Virus record (IMG/VR): IMGVR_UViG_3300047160_003189
Coordinates: 1,411 to 65,410 of that record
Direction: 5' to 3' (one strand)
DNA from: a virus
Length of the DNA: 64,000 nucleotides
Part shown: in pieces, positions 45,943-55,291 of the stretch
Layout: each line of letters starts with the position of its first letter
How positions within the stretch are numbered: the stretch's first letter is position 1
The notes under the pieces: generated by a model
What the model was told of the DNA's origin: nothing
Databases searched by the model: none
The model's input: only the letters and a program-made list of their open reading frames with translations
Made by a program: the position numbers and the translations under genes

Positions 45943-47439
45943 TTAGACGGAGCTTCGAATACGCGCCGCCTCGGGGAACATCTTGTCGAAGCTGTCGCCA
46001 TCGGCGGCATCTTGCGCGTACTCCTCTTCACGGCGCGAGCTGCGCCGAGTATCCTTCCCGCGAGTGCTCTCGCGCTCCAATATTGTCTTGTAGGCGGAAG
46101 GATGAACGCCCTTCACGTCGATCTTCAGTACACCGAGTGCTTCTTTGTAGACATCTTCGGGCGTCTCGAAGCTGTCCATCGCCAGCTCGCCGACCAGCGG
46201 GCGAGTAACGCGAAGAGCCGCGCGAATACCCCTTTGGTTCTCGCGCTCCGCTGCCACTGCATCATCAATGGCTTTAGTAACGGCTTCTTGGTCGAAGGCC
46301 ATACTGTCCTGGGCACCATTCTTCTTGTCCATGTACTCTCCTTTCCCACTATCATCATCGTCTTCGTCGTCTTCATCCTCATCATCGTCCCTCTTCTTCT
46401 TCTTTTTACTGTCGGGCGGGCAATTCTCCTCGTCAATAGCCGCATGAGGCAGATCGGAACTGGTAGCCGCCGCCGGCAGTGCGTCGAGTGCCATCAATAC
46501 TTCGTCCACGTCATCGATGTCCTGATCTTGGGCGAGCTTCAACTTGCCGCCTACTGATCTCTTCATCACGTCGGCGATGGCGACCCGCTGTTGCTTGTAG
46601 TTGTCCTCGGTCACTCCCTTGATGAGCGGGGTGAGATCGGGGACGGCGGTATCCATTGCCATCTTCGGCGTCAAGTAAGCGTGCAAGGCACCCATCGTCA
46701 GTACTGCCTTGGAGCTGAGCTGTGCAGGCATGTTCCAGTCCTCCTCTTCGGGTTGTTCGTCGCCGATAACCGCATCGGCTCCTACTCTACCAGTCTTCAC
46801 CAGTGTTACGTGGTTTCCGACAATATCGGTCATGATCCCGTCGTAGGCAGTTCCTTCGTAGTTACCGGAGGTCATGACCGGCTTATAGTTGTAGGCGCAG
46901 GATAGTTGCTTACGCTTGTTCTTCTCTACATCATCCTTGGCGCTCTTCTTCCAGATCGCTAAGCTGTTCTTTAAGTATGGATGCTCGTACACGGCACTGC
47001 TGCCGGTAGTACCAATGATCTCGTCGGGCTGATGGTCGTCAATATCTACTGGAATATGCTGGTCGAGGAATTGGATGTTGTTGAAAGTATTTACCGACTT
47101 ACGTAGTTCGTCGGGATGGCGCAACATTTGGTAAGTATGATCCGGGTCGAGGCCGAGTTCGCGCCAGCCGGGTATCTGCTTTCCCTTGTAGGGACTGACG
47201 CAAGCTTTGCTGATGACGGCTTGCTCGATATGCATCCGGCCTACTTTGTCCTCGGACCTGACCGACGCCTCATCGAAGGCGTAGACCTCGGCCCATTCGT
47301 CTTGCGCTTGTACTTGTTTCTTCTTCTGCCTCATGCGCTTCCTTCTGTACTTCTCATGTATCTTCTCCCTGATGTTGGCGCGCTTGCCTTCCTCGGTCAG
47401 GAAGTCGGTACCGTCCCACTTCATCAGCTCGATATACAT
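45943..47439 (-). CDS. DUF2213 prohead protease / scaffold
   Basis: ISKACVSPYKG, QLSCAY, YEGTAYDGIMTDIVGNHVTLV..GRVG; acidic low-complexity C-terminal half. Confidence 0.85.
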   Translation of the reverse strand: MYIELMKWDGTDFLTEEGKRANIREKIHEKYRRKRMRQKKKQVQAQDEWAEVYAFDEASVRSEDKVGRMHIEQAVISKACVSPYKGKQIPGWRELGLDPDHTYQMLRHPDELRKSVNTFNNIQFLDQHIPVDIDDHQPDEIIGTTGSSAVYEHPYLKNSLAIWKKSAKDDVEKNKRKQLSCAYNYKPVMTSGNYEGTAYDGIMTDIVGNHVTLVKTGRVGADAVIGDEQPEEEDWNMPAQLSSKAVLTMGALHAYLTPKMAMDTAVPDLTPLIKGVTEDNYKQQRVAIADVMKRSVGGKLKLAQDQDIDDVDEVLMALDALPAAATSSDLPHAAIDEENCPPDSKKKKKRDDDEDEDDEDDDDSGKGEYMDKKNGAQDSMAFDQEAVTKAIDDAVAAERENQRGIRAALRVTRPLVGELAMDSFETPEDVYKEALGVLKIDVKGVHPSAYKTILERESTRGKDTRRSSRREEEYAQDAADGDSFDKMFPEAARIRSSV

Positions 47440-47440
47440 C

Positions 47441-50400
47441 TCAGTGGACCTTTGTACTTAAGAACTTGTCCAGCTTCTCGGTTCCCGTCCCGCTGTCCAA
47501 GAAGTTGCCGCCTTTGTGAGTATAGACGAACCAGCCCCCGTCATCATGCAGGTTGATGCTCAGCCCCATGTCGGGGTTATCGTAATGCGCGTGCTCCGAC
47601 GATGCCGCCAAATTATACTTGAAGCCGTGCTTCTGCATCACGTCCTTGATCTTGGTGTAACCAGGGGCGGGAGTAGAGAGGGGGATCGACGGAGCTTCTG
47701 CGTCGGCTATTATCTTTTCTACTTTGCTATGCAAGTAAGGGTCAGTGACCTTCTTGGATACGTTGCCCTTGATAACCTGAAGGTTGCCTACAACTACACT
47801 GGGATCGTTCTGGGCATGGAACGACCAGTTGGCAACCACATGCGCCTGGTACTCTAACGGCCAAGCATCAGTCGTTAAGTAGTAATGCGGACCACCCCAA
47901 TTGGAAGTCGTACCTTGCTTTACGTTCTTGATGATGGCTTTGTCTAGTAGAACCTTGGCGTGATTATCCGCCATGGACAGAGGCTCGCCCGTCGAGCTGA
48001 CGGCTTTGCCGGCATTGTAGTTCTTAATATACTCTGAAGCCTGATCGGCAGTGTGGAACTCGCCATGAACGGCTTGCTTTATAGTATCGGGGGAAGGCTT
48101 ATAAGTGTGAACAACTTGGTAGTAATCAGTATTGTTGCTCGCCTGATGCGGATAGATTACGTTCCAATGACCTTCCTTGTCGGTCGAGGCTCCGCTCGGT
48201 TGTACCGGCTCCATGGGCGGTTTCGGCTTCGGCTTCACCATAGCAGTAGCAGCATCAATGACGTTCTGCATGTGCGAGTGCAAGTACGGATTGGTCACCT
48301 TACTGATAACGCTGCCCAGATCGCCCACTCCCTTGCCCGCAAGTATATCGAGGCTTTGATGGACGAACTTGGGGTTGTTTTTCAAGTTGTACATCCAATT
48401 GGATACTGTCTGAGCCTGCTTGGCCAAGCTCCACGTCTTCTCGTAGTCTTCGCCGATATCGTCAGAAGTATCGTTCTCCGCTACGGTCTTTTGGATGAAG
48501 TGATTAAGCAACGCCTTGGCTGGGGTGACGTAAGGCTCTGACTTGTTGCCACCGTACATTTTTATGTAGTCATCAACATAACTTTCCGCTGCGGCCTTGG
48601 TAGAGAAGTCGGCATGTTTGAATACTTGCTTGGTCGCCGGATTGAACTTCTCGACTACATACTTGTTATCGGCCTTGTTTAGAGTAATAGTGAATGGGTA
48701 CTCGTTCGAGGCTTTCTGAGCCGGCGTCAACGAAGTCCCTCCGCTCATCTTTACGTAGTTCTTCACGAAGTCCTCGGCCGACTGCTTGACCGAGAAGTGA
48801 CCATGAACAGTAGTTTTGCCGGTGTCGGGGTTGGTGAGATAAACACCAAAGTTACTCTTGTCCTTGTCAAACCTTATACTGAAGTCCTTCTCATGGGCGA
48901 CCGGCGGCGGCTTGAAGCCTTCGCCTATCGGCACCGCTTCGAAAGACGGAGCACTACGTTTGTAAGCGTCCCATTTGTTCCAGGCAGTACCAGCAATGAC
49001 CAGCTCACGCTCGCTATATACGTTGATACCATAAGCGGGGACACTGATGAATGCAGTACGAGGAGCGTTGATGCGCAACACTACTCTATTAGTATCGCCG
49101 CCCCAGCCATTCGAGACGGAGCGGGCCATCGAAGTAGAAGCCGCTCCGTTGCGCTCCACGAACAGATCGGGCAGGCGAGTATACTTGTCGAAGTCAGCAT
49201 AGACGCTGGGTACTCCTACCTCCTCGGTCTTCTCGTCTTTGGGTACATCCATGCCAATGCCGCGATAGACCTCCACAGTATTCAAGCCGGCCTTATCGAG
49301 CAAGTACTGTGTAGTCTCCCACTTGGCACGCAGATAGGCTCTAATACCTTGGAAGCCGCCAATATTGGGGAATTGCCGGTCTGCTTCAGCCATGGCCCCA
49401 GCTACATCATACGGTGAGCCGGGCCTGCCAGGGGAGCGGAAGCGCCCGCCTAGCTCGTTGGCAGTCGCCAGTTGAAGTAGCTTACCCTCGAACGAGGTCG
49501 AGCTGCCCTTCCAGGCGTGCCAAAGTTTACTGTCGAATGCAGTAAGAGCGGAGCGCAAGCCGGCGTCGTTAGTCATGATGCCGGTCTTGATGCCGCGCTC
49601 CCTGATTACTTTAATGGCCCGCTCGATAGACAAGTACCTAGCTATAGCCTGGGTCTTCTTGTAGTCTTCGCCGTTCGTCTCGTTGGTGGGATCGAACCTG
49701 TGCGGCAAGGCTATCTGAGTAATGGGAACGGGTGGAGTATTGGCATCGGGTGGATCGTCAGGCTTGGGGACCATATTGTAGTCATCGGCATACTGGAACT
49801 TCTGAGTATCCTCCATCTGTCCCCAGTAATCATCCAGTTGCTCGTCTACGCCTTCCTTCAAGTACTCTGGCGGCTCGATGTCGTAAGACTTCTTCTCGGC
49901 TTTGTCGTTGAAAGCTTTTACCAAAGCCGCAATCAGATCGGCGCGCATGTCCTCGTCAAGTAGTTTGGCCGGCTGTATGTCCTCGAAGCCGGCGAACTGC
50001 GGCTCGTCCTCTTTCTTCATTACCATACTATTCAGCATATCGTCGTCGAACTCGATGTCAGGGTCTTGCATACCTTCGCCATGACCTTCGTACTTTACTT
50101 TGAGAGCATCGAGCAAATCAGTTGCAGTAAAAGGTATAGGCTTCGGAGGCTCCTCGGGCTCTAAAGGTATCGGACTGGTAGGATCGGGCTTGGCCGGCTC
50201 GCGCTCTTCGAACCATTCCTTGATGGCGTCCTCGGCCCATTCAAATTCTTTGTCCGAAGGCTTATTACTATTGAAAAGGTCAGCCAAGTCGTTCTTGGCA
50301 CTCTCTAAGGGGTTGCCGCTTTCGGACCAGCTCTGGACCTCGCTGTCGTAGAAGTTACTGTAGTTGTTGCTCTTCCACTTCTCCATTACTTCATCTTGCT

Positions 50401-51832
50401 TCTCTTGGGACATCTCCTCCCAAGAGGTAGGATAGTAAACCTCCGGCTCTTCGTCCTCGTCGGGATCGGACGGTTCAGTATAAGTAGTCTCTTTCGGCCC
50501 GCCGACAGTAAGTCCTTCCGATATCAGCTTGTCGAGCGCCGGCTTCGCTTCTTGGTACTCTTTCTCAAGCTTGGCGGCTATACGCTTGTTCCACTCGTCG
50601 CCGCCGGAAGGTACTAGCTCGGGATGCAGCTCGGGACTGTCCTTCTGATCTTTATCTACTTTGGCAATATGCAAGGCTTTAAGTAAATCCATGACGCCGG
50701 GGTGCAGATCGAAATCGCCAGTACTAGCTTTCTTGAGTATATCTTCCGGCTTCATCCATACGAAAGCATCGTGCTCCCAGTTGAGGGTAGGATCGAAGCT
50801 CTCTTTTACATTAGCCTTGAAAGCATGGTAGTCGATCTTCTCGTTGGTGATCTGCTGTAGAAACTCGACATTGGCCGCCTTGTGCTGTACTTCCTCTTCC
50901 GCTTCACGTATAGCCGCCTGTTCCGGTGTCTCGCCTTCCTTCAAGTCTATACTTCCGCCAGGGAATGACCAGTAGCCAGCAAAGTTGGTACCCGACCTTC
51001 TCAAGAACAGCCATTCGCCCTTCTCGTTGACGAAGATCATACCGGCTACTTGGCGAGGCGGCTTCACGCCGAGGATTGAAGTACTTCCCTTTTCCTTGAA
51101 CTTGCCGCCCTTACCCTCTATAGTACCTTTCGGGTGGCGCGGGTGATCCTGTTCGTTCCAGACATCGAAGGCCCAGTCTTGAGCCATCGGCTTATACTGT
51201 TTTCCGGTCCACTCGCCAGCGTACTTGTCCCACTCTTCACGCGAGCCGAGATGCTTCTTCAGCTCTTCCAGATGTTCTACTGTCTTGCCGAAGTTCTTCC
51301 TGCCAAGATGTACTGCCGCTTCGCGGGCGTGATGCTGGGCTTCGTTGTAGACCGGAAGCTTGGCGTGCTCGTCAGCGTACTTGCCAAGTAGATCATTGAC
51401 CTTGGCGTGCAAGTCCTTCGGCGACATCTTGCGATACTGAGCGTTGTTCTGTACATTCTCGTTGTGCTCAAGCTCGAAACCCAGACCGCCGGCCTTCTTT
51501 AGGCGCTTCAGGTTGCTTTCTACTTTATCCTTCACCGTCTCGTAGCCGAAACGGTTGTGCTCGGCCATCTCCGACATGCGATGCGTCAGGTCGCCGATAT
51601 GTTCTACTGCTGGATTGAGAATGCCGCCCCCGTTGCCAAACTGTACTCTAGTCATGGCGCTTTCCGGCTTGTCTCGCTGTAGACTGGCAAGCTCTCGGAA
51701 AGCCTTGTTGCGGTCTGCGCCGGTAGCAGTCCACTTGCCAAGCTTGTCTCGTAGTTGAGCGGGATCGAAGGCGTCAAAAGCCCACTCTTCTACTGACCAG
51801 TCGATGAAGTCGGAGGGTGAGAAAGTATTCAT
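47441..51832 (-). CDS. 1463-aa multidomain protein: NUDIX hydrolase, ADP-ribosyltransferase-like domain and repeats
   Basis: Nudix box WSFPGG...GETPEQAAIREAEEEV; ART triad VYRG / ASTS / SERE. Confidence 0.8.
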   Translation of the reverse strand: MNTFSPSDFIDWSVEEWAFDAFDPAQLRDKLGKWTATGADRNKAFRELASLQRDKPESAMTRVQFGNGGGILNPAVEHIGDLTHRMSEMAEHNRFGYETVKDKVESNLKRLKKAGGLGFELEHNENVQNNAQYRKMSPKDLHAKVNDLLGKYADEHAKLPVYNEAQHHAREAAVHLGRKNFGKTVEHLEELKKHLGSREEWDKYAGEWTGKQYKPMAQDWAFDVWNEQDHPRHPKGTIEGKGGKFKEKGSTSILGVKPPRQVAGMIFVNEKGEWLFLRRSGTNFAGYWSFPGGSIDLKEGETPEQAAIREAEEEVQHKAANVEFLQQITNEKIDYHAFKANVKESFDPTLNWEHDAFVWMKPEDILKKASTGDFDLHPGVMDLLKALHIAKVDKDQKDSPELHPELVPSGGDEWNKRIAAKLEKEYQEAKPALDKLISEGLTVGGPKETTYTEPSDPDEDEEPEVYYPTSWEEMSQEKQDEVMEKWKSNNYSNFYDSEVQSWSESGNPLESAKNDLADLFNSNKPSDKEFEWAEDAIKEWFEEREPAKPDPTSPIPLEPEEPPKPIPFTATDLLDALKVKYEGHGEGMQDPDIEFDDDMLNSMVMKKEDEPQFAGFEDIQPAKLLDEDMRADLIAALVKAFNDKAEKKSYDIEPPEYLKEGVDEQLDDYWGQMEDTQKFQYADDYNMVPKPDDPPDANTPPVPITQIALPHRFDPTNETNGEDYKKTQAIARYLSIERAIKVIRERGIKTGIMTNDAGLRSALTAFDSKLWHAWKGSSTSFEGKLLQLATANELGGRFRSPGRPGSPYDVAGAMAEADRQFPNIGGFQGIRAYLRAKWETTQYLLDKAGLNTVEVYRGIGMDVPKDEKTEEVGVPSVYADFDKYTRLPDLFVERNGAASTSMARSVSNGWGGDTNRVVLRINAPRTAFISVPAYGINVYSERELVIAGTAWNKWDAYKRSAPSFEAVPIGEGFKPPPVAHEKDFSIRFDKDKSNFGVYLTNPDTGKTTVHGHFSVKQSAEDFVKNYVKMSGGTSLTPAQKASNEYPFTITLNKADNKYVVEKFNPATKQVFKHADFSTKAAAESYVDDYIKMYGGNKSEPYVTPAKALLNHFIQKTVAENDTSDDIGEDYEKTWSLAKQAQTVSNWMYNLKNNPKFVHQSLDILAGKGVGDLGSVISKVTNPYLHSHMQNVIDAATAMVKPKPKPPMEPVQPSGASTDKEGHWNVIYPHQASNNTDYYQVVHTYKPSPDTIKQAVHGEFHTADQASEYIKNYNAGKAVSSTGEPLSMADNHAKVLLDKAIIKNVKQGTTSNWGGPHYYLTTDAWPLEYQAHVVANWSFHAQNDPSVVVGNLQVIKGNVSKKVTDPYLHSKVEKIIADAEAPSIPLSTPAPGYTKIKDVMQKHGFKYNLAASSEHAHYDNPDMGLSINLHDDGGWFVYTHKGGNFLDSGTGTEKLDKFLSTKVH

Positions 51833-51835
51833 GGC

Positions 51836-52027
51836 TCAGAAGGTGAGATGCAATGCCGGGGCGACTTCACGCAGGACCAACAGTAGAGCAATCAAGCCGA
51901 TAACCAGCTTGACCAGCATGGGGACCGGAGCGGGAATACCAGTAGAGGCGGCCAGGATGTCCACGATATAGCAAAGAATAACTACCACTATCAGGAGAAC
52001 CAGAACCGTAATCAGTAGAGAGATCAT
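51836..52027 (-). CDS. Small two-TM membrane protein
   Basis: 63 aa, two hydrophobic helices; RBS GGAGG. Confidence 0.75.
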   Translation of the reverse strand: MISLLITVLVLLIVVVILCYIVDILAASTGIPAPVPMLVKLVIGLIALLLVLREVAPALHLTF

Positions 52028-52040
52028 GGCATCCTCCCTT

Positions 52041-52277
52041 TTACTTGGTAATGTGCTTCACTGCCCACATTACCGCTTCCTCGGTCTTGGTCTTGGCAAT
52101 CGACAGCTCGCGGCTGGAACCAAACCCCTCGATCAATTCAAGTAGTTCCGCCCCCTTGTCCTTGACTGCCAGTACGTCTCTCTTCTCGGCATCCGACAGA
52201 ACTCTGTACTGATGACGCATAGTATTGTTGACGGTGCGCTCATCGGAGACGGAGCTGACGGTCTTCTCATCGGACAT
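52041..52277 (-). CDS. Acb2/Tad1-like cyclic-nucleotide sponge (anti-defence)
   Basis: YRVLSDAE...VKDKGAELL...RELSIAKTKTEEAVMWAVKHI resembles the Acb2/Tad1 helical-hairpin family. Confidence 0.65.
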   Translation of the reverse strand: MSDEKTVSSVSDERTVNNTMRHQYRVLSDAEKRDVLAVKDKGAELLELIEGFGSSRELSIAKTKTEEAVMWAVKHITK

Positions 52278-52286
52278 GACTATCTC

Positions 52287-53111
52287 CTACTTGGTGTAGC
52301 CCTTGATGACCGGCTTAGAGTAGCAACGGCAGTTAATCAGCTCGCCGGGAAATATATACTTGCCTTCGTGCGGGTCGAACCAGCCGATATCTACTCTATA
52401 GCGTTGGCGGCGCTTGCCGGCGGCCAGATGAGTAGGTCTAGGCTCCTTCGGCAGTCCGCTATGTACCCAAATGGCTTCTTCGATGCCTGCCTGCTTCTGG
52501 CGAGCGGCGTTGAGCACTGACTGTACTTTCTTGACCTGATCGTTGGCGATGAAGATGGCTCGCTTACGTGCCTTCTTCTTCTCCAAGTCCATGCTCTTCT
52601 GTATTTGCTTCTCCAAGCCGGCTACTAATCTCTGCATCGCGCCCCCGTGCTTTATACTATCCATCAGCAGTCTTTCGATCTGCGCATAGTATTGTGTGGG
52701 GATGGACTTGATTAAAGCTACGTTCTCGCGGATCGAGGCGGCGGCTATGTCCTGCAAGTTCTTCTCAAGGTGAAACTTACCAAGCGACATCGGGCTGACC
52801 TTGGCCTTGTCGAGCGCCTTGTCCATTACTCGCTTGGTGCGAGTATCGACTTCATGGACCAGCTTAGTAGAAATCTCCTCGGCGTGAGGGTCCAGCGAAT
52901 GCCCGAATTGCAGTGAAAGACTACTGATCAAATTGGAGATGCGATCTGCGATGCTGTCCATCGCCATCATCTCAGCCTTGAATGTAGTAAGTATATGCTT
53001 GGCGCTACTCTTGTGCATCAGCTCGACTATGGCGAGCAACTGCCTTCTATACCAAGCCTCGGTGCCGGCGCTCGGTCTGACTGGCGTTAGTAGTACTTCC
53101 TTGATCCTCAT
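52287..53111 (-). CDS. MuF / SPP1 gp7-like head morphogenesis protein
   Basis: ENVALIKSIP, RAIFIANDQ, WVHSG..KEPRPTH, PGELINCRC. Confidence 0.88.
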   Translation of the reverse strand: MRIKEVLLTPVRPSAGTEAWYRRQLLAIVELMHKSSAKHILTTFKAEMMAMDSIADRISNLISSLSLQFGHSLDPHAEEISTKLVHEVDTRTKRVMDKALDKAKVSPMSLGKFHLEKNLQDIAAASIRENVALIKSIPTQYYAQIERLLMDSIKHGGAMQRLVAGLEKQIQKSMDLEKKKARKRAIFIANDQVKKVQSVLNAARQKQAGIEEAIWVHSGLPKEPRPTHLAAGKRRQRYRVDIGWFDPHEGKYIFPGELINCRCYSKPVIKGYTK

Positions 53112-53150
53112 CGCAGTAAAGGGGAGGTTAGTCCCTCCTCCCCTCTCCCT

Positions 53151-53423
53151 CTACTGGGAATGCTCGTCTTCGTGCTCGCCCTCGGCGGGCTTCTTCGCGT
53201 CCGCTTTACTGTCTTCCTTCTCTTCCTTGCCGACGAGGGCATCTACCAGTTCCGTCTCGCCGTAGGTGAGATCGTCCATCAGCTTGCCAAGCTTCTGCGG
53301 CGACGGACCAGCCGCCTTTATCATCTTGGTAATGTTGTTGAGTACAAGAGCTGCGCGCTTCTTGGCGTCCGGTTCCTCTTGCAGATCGTTGATGGTCTGC
53401 TTCACACTGGTATTCATGCTCAT
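53151..53423 (-). CDS. Hypothetical protein
   Basis: 90 aa; RBS AGAGG. Confidence 0.65.
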   Translation of the reverse strand: MSMNTSVKQTINDLQEEPDAKKRAALVLNNITKMIKAAGPSPQKLGKLMDDLTYGETELVDALVGKEEKEDSKADAKKPAEGEHEDEHSQ

Positions 53424-53498
53424 GGTAAACCTCTCTTCTGGGGTTTCTGTAGTAAAAGGGAGGCCAGCCCTCCTCCCTCTACTCAACTCAGACTGTAC

Positions 53499-54014
53499 TT
53501 ACTTCTTCTTGACAGGCTCGGGATGTGGGGCATTCGGATCGGTGGGCGGCGGTACTGTAGGATCGGGAGGAATGCTGTCGCTGGGAGTGACCGGCTTCGG
53601 CACCAAGACTTTGCCGATACCAGGGTAGCTCACCACAATAAACGGTGGCGGAACAATACTGGCGACCGGCTGACCTGGGATCGGAAGTACAACAGGCGGC
53701 GAGCCTGGAGGAGGAACAGTAACATCCGGCGGAACTACTGGGGGTTGATCCGGCGGGATGACAATCGGATGCTCGGGGTGAGGATAACCCCCAGGTGGTA
53801 CAATCGGATGCTCGGGGTGAGGATAACCCCCAGGTGGTACAATAGGATGCTCTGGCGTTCCGCCCGAACCGGGAGGTTGATCCGGCGGCATGATCGGGCC
53901 GCCACCGACAGTCAATCCAAGTATATGCGCGTGGCCGATAAGAGATACCTTGCGCCCGGACTTGTTGGCGTGGTCCCATAGTACGCCATCGATCTGGATA
54001 GGAACTGCTGCCAC
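53499..54014 (-). CDS. Proline-rich repeat protein
   Basis: RBS GGAGAC; PPGGYPHPEHPIV repeats. Confidence 0.75.
   Translation of the reverse strand: MAAVPIQIDGVLWDHANKSGRKVSLIGHAHILGLTVGGGPIMPPDQPPGSGGTPEHPIVPPGGYPHPEHPIVPPGGYPHPEHPIVIPPDQPPVVPPDVTVPPPGSPPVVLPIPGQPVASIVPPPFIVVSYPGIGKVLVPKPVTPSDSIPPDPTVPPPTDPNAPHPEPVKKK
53761..53852. repeat. 39-bp tandem repeat (2 exact copies plus a partial)
   Basis: ACAATCGGATGCTCGGGGTGAGGATAACCCCCAGGTGGT at 53761 and 53800, partial at 53839. Confidence 0.9.
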
Positions 54015-54044
54015 TTTAGTCTCCTTTTACTGAGGGTTTTTACT

Positions 54045-54221
54045 CTACTCATCGTCCCCTTCCTCGTCCTCGGAAGGGTCGAAGCCAAGAATGTCCGCGA
54101 TGCCGTCAACTACTACAACCCCGTCGTCATCGGCTTCGTCAGCCGGGTCGAGGTCGCGAATGGGGGTATCGTCCGTCTCTTCGGTATTGCCGTAGTGTAC
54201 TTCTGGAAGACGCGGGCTCAT
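54045..54221 (-). CDS. Small acidic protein
   Basis: 58 aa, ATGA-coupled to the topoisomerase gene. Confidence 0.6.
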   Translation of the reverse strand: MSPRLPEVHYGNTEETDDTPIRDLDPADEADDDGVVVVDGIADILGFDPSEDEEGDDE

Positions 54222-55291
54222 GCATGTACTCCACTGACTTGTTGCCAATGCCCGAATATCTGCGGGGCGATGTAGCTGGACAATGCTACCGCTGGGGTGT
54301 TGCCCAGCTTCTCCGCTACTACTTTGGCGACTGCCTTCACCGCTCGTTTATACTCGGTGATGCTCTTCGGCACCGGGGCGCTATCTACCAAGTCCTGCGC
54401 CGTCTGTGTTGCCAGTAGTGTGCGGAAGTCTTTTGTCTTGAAGTGGGGATCGAGGGTCTTCAAGTACTGACTGAGGCTTTGCCTAGTAACGTCTGGAAAC
54501 AATTCCTCGTCGTCCTTGTTCTTGCGATCCAGCAACATGCGGCCGGCTGAGCCGCCGACCTCCATGTCTATACTTACTCCCTTCTTGCCGACGAAGTGTA
54601 GTCTTGCCTTGTTGCCGTCCCTGGTTACGTGCTTGCCGAGAAGAGTGGTCGCGCCGTAGGCTTTCACCGCTCCTCCACGATCCGCATCGTCGCCGGGACG
54701 TATGCCGGTCTGCGAGATCAAATGTAGTATATCGGCGTGCTGCGCAGTCGTATCGTTGTTGCTCAGCCGGTTGTGGTTGTTCTGTTGTAGTATAGAGCCG
54801 ATCTTCTTCTCGAGACTTACTATGCGGCGGAACTTGTTGGCCGCCTGGGAAGCCTTGAAGGCGGGATTATAGATATACTGTTTTCGTCCCTTGGCATCGA
54901 TGCCGGTAACGTAGAGGTTCGACTTGGGGTTATGGTTCACCAGTACATTCTTCCAAGCCGGAGGTATCTTTAAGTCTCGTATATGATCTGGACGATGCGC
55001 TCCTAGCTCCGTCCATCTACCAGCTTTGTCGCGCGGCTCGTTGGGGTCGTAGGCATCTGACGTAATCATCCCCTCTTCGGTGTCAGCCCACCAGGGGCGT
55101 TTACTTTGGTCGCGGCTATCCTGAGCCATTACTACGTTCTTCGGGTCGCGCTTCAGAAACACTACTTGCCCATCATCGGGCCAAGTGATCTTGACCAGCG
55201 TAGCATCGTCCTTATCGACCAGCTCGAACTTGTCGTTGAACCAAGCTACTACTGCGGTCTTGCCTTGTACTTCCATTTTCTCGATGGTCAT
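54218..55291 (-). CDS. DNA topoisomerase IB (bacterial/poxviral type) with N-terminal leader
   Basis: IPPAW, GIDAKGRKQYIY, TGIRPG (R), FVGKKG (K), KDFRT (K, R), LGNTPAVALSSYI (catalytic Y). Confidence 0.9.
   Translation of the reverse strand: MTIEKMEVQGKTAVVAWFNDKFELVDKDDATLVKITWPDDGQVVFLKRDPKNVVMAQDSRDQSKRPWWADTEEGMITSDAYDPNEPRDKAGRWTELGAHRPDHIRDLKIPPAWKNVLVNHNPKSNLYVTGIDAKGRKQYIYNPAFKASQAANKFRRIVSLEKKIGSILQQNNHNRLSNNDTTAQHADILHLISQTGIRPGDDADRGGAVKAYGATTLLGKHVTRDGNKARLHFVGKKGVSIDMEVGGSAGRMLLDRKNKDDEELFPDVTRQSLSQYLKTLDPHFKTKDFRTLLATQTAQDLVDSAPVPKSITEYKRAVKAVAKVVAEKLGNTPAVALSSYIAPQIFGHWQQVSGVHA

Noticed and set aside
53761-53852. Possible CRISPR array
   Set aside because: Repeats are contiguous, in frame and coding, with no spacers or cas genes.
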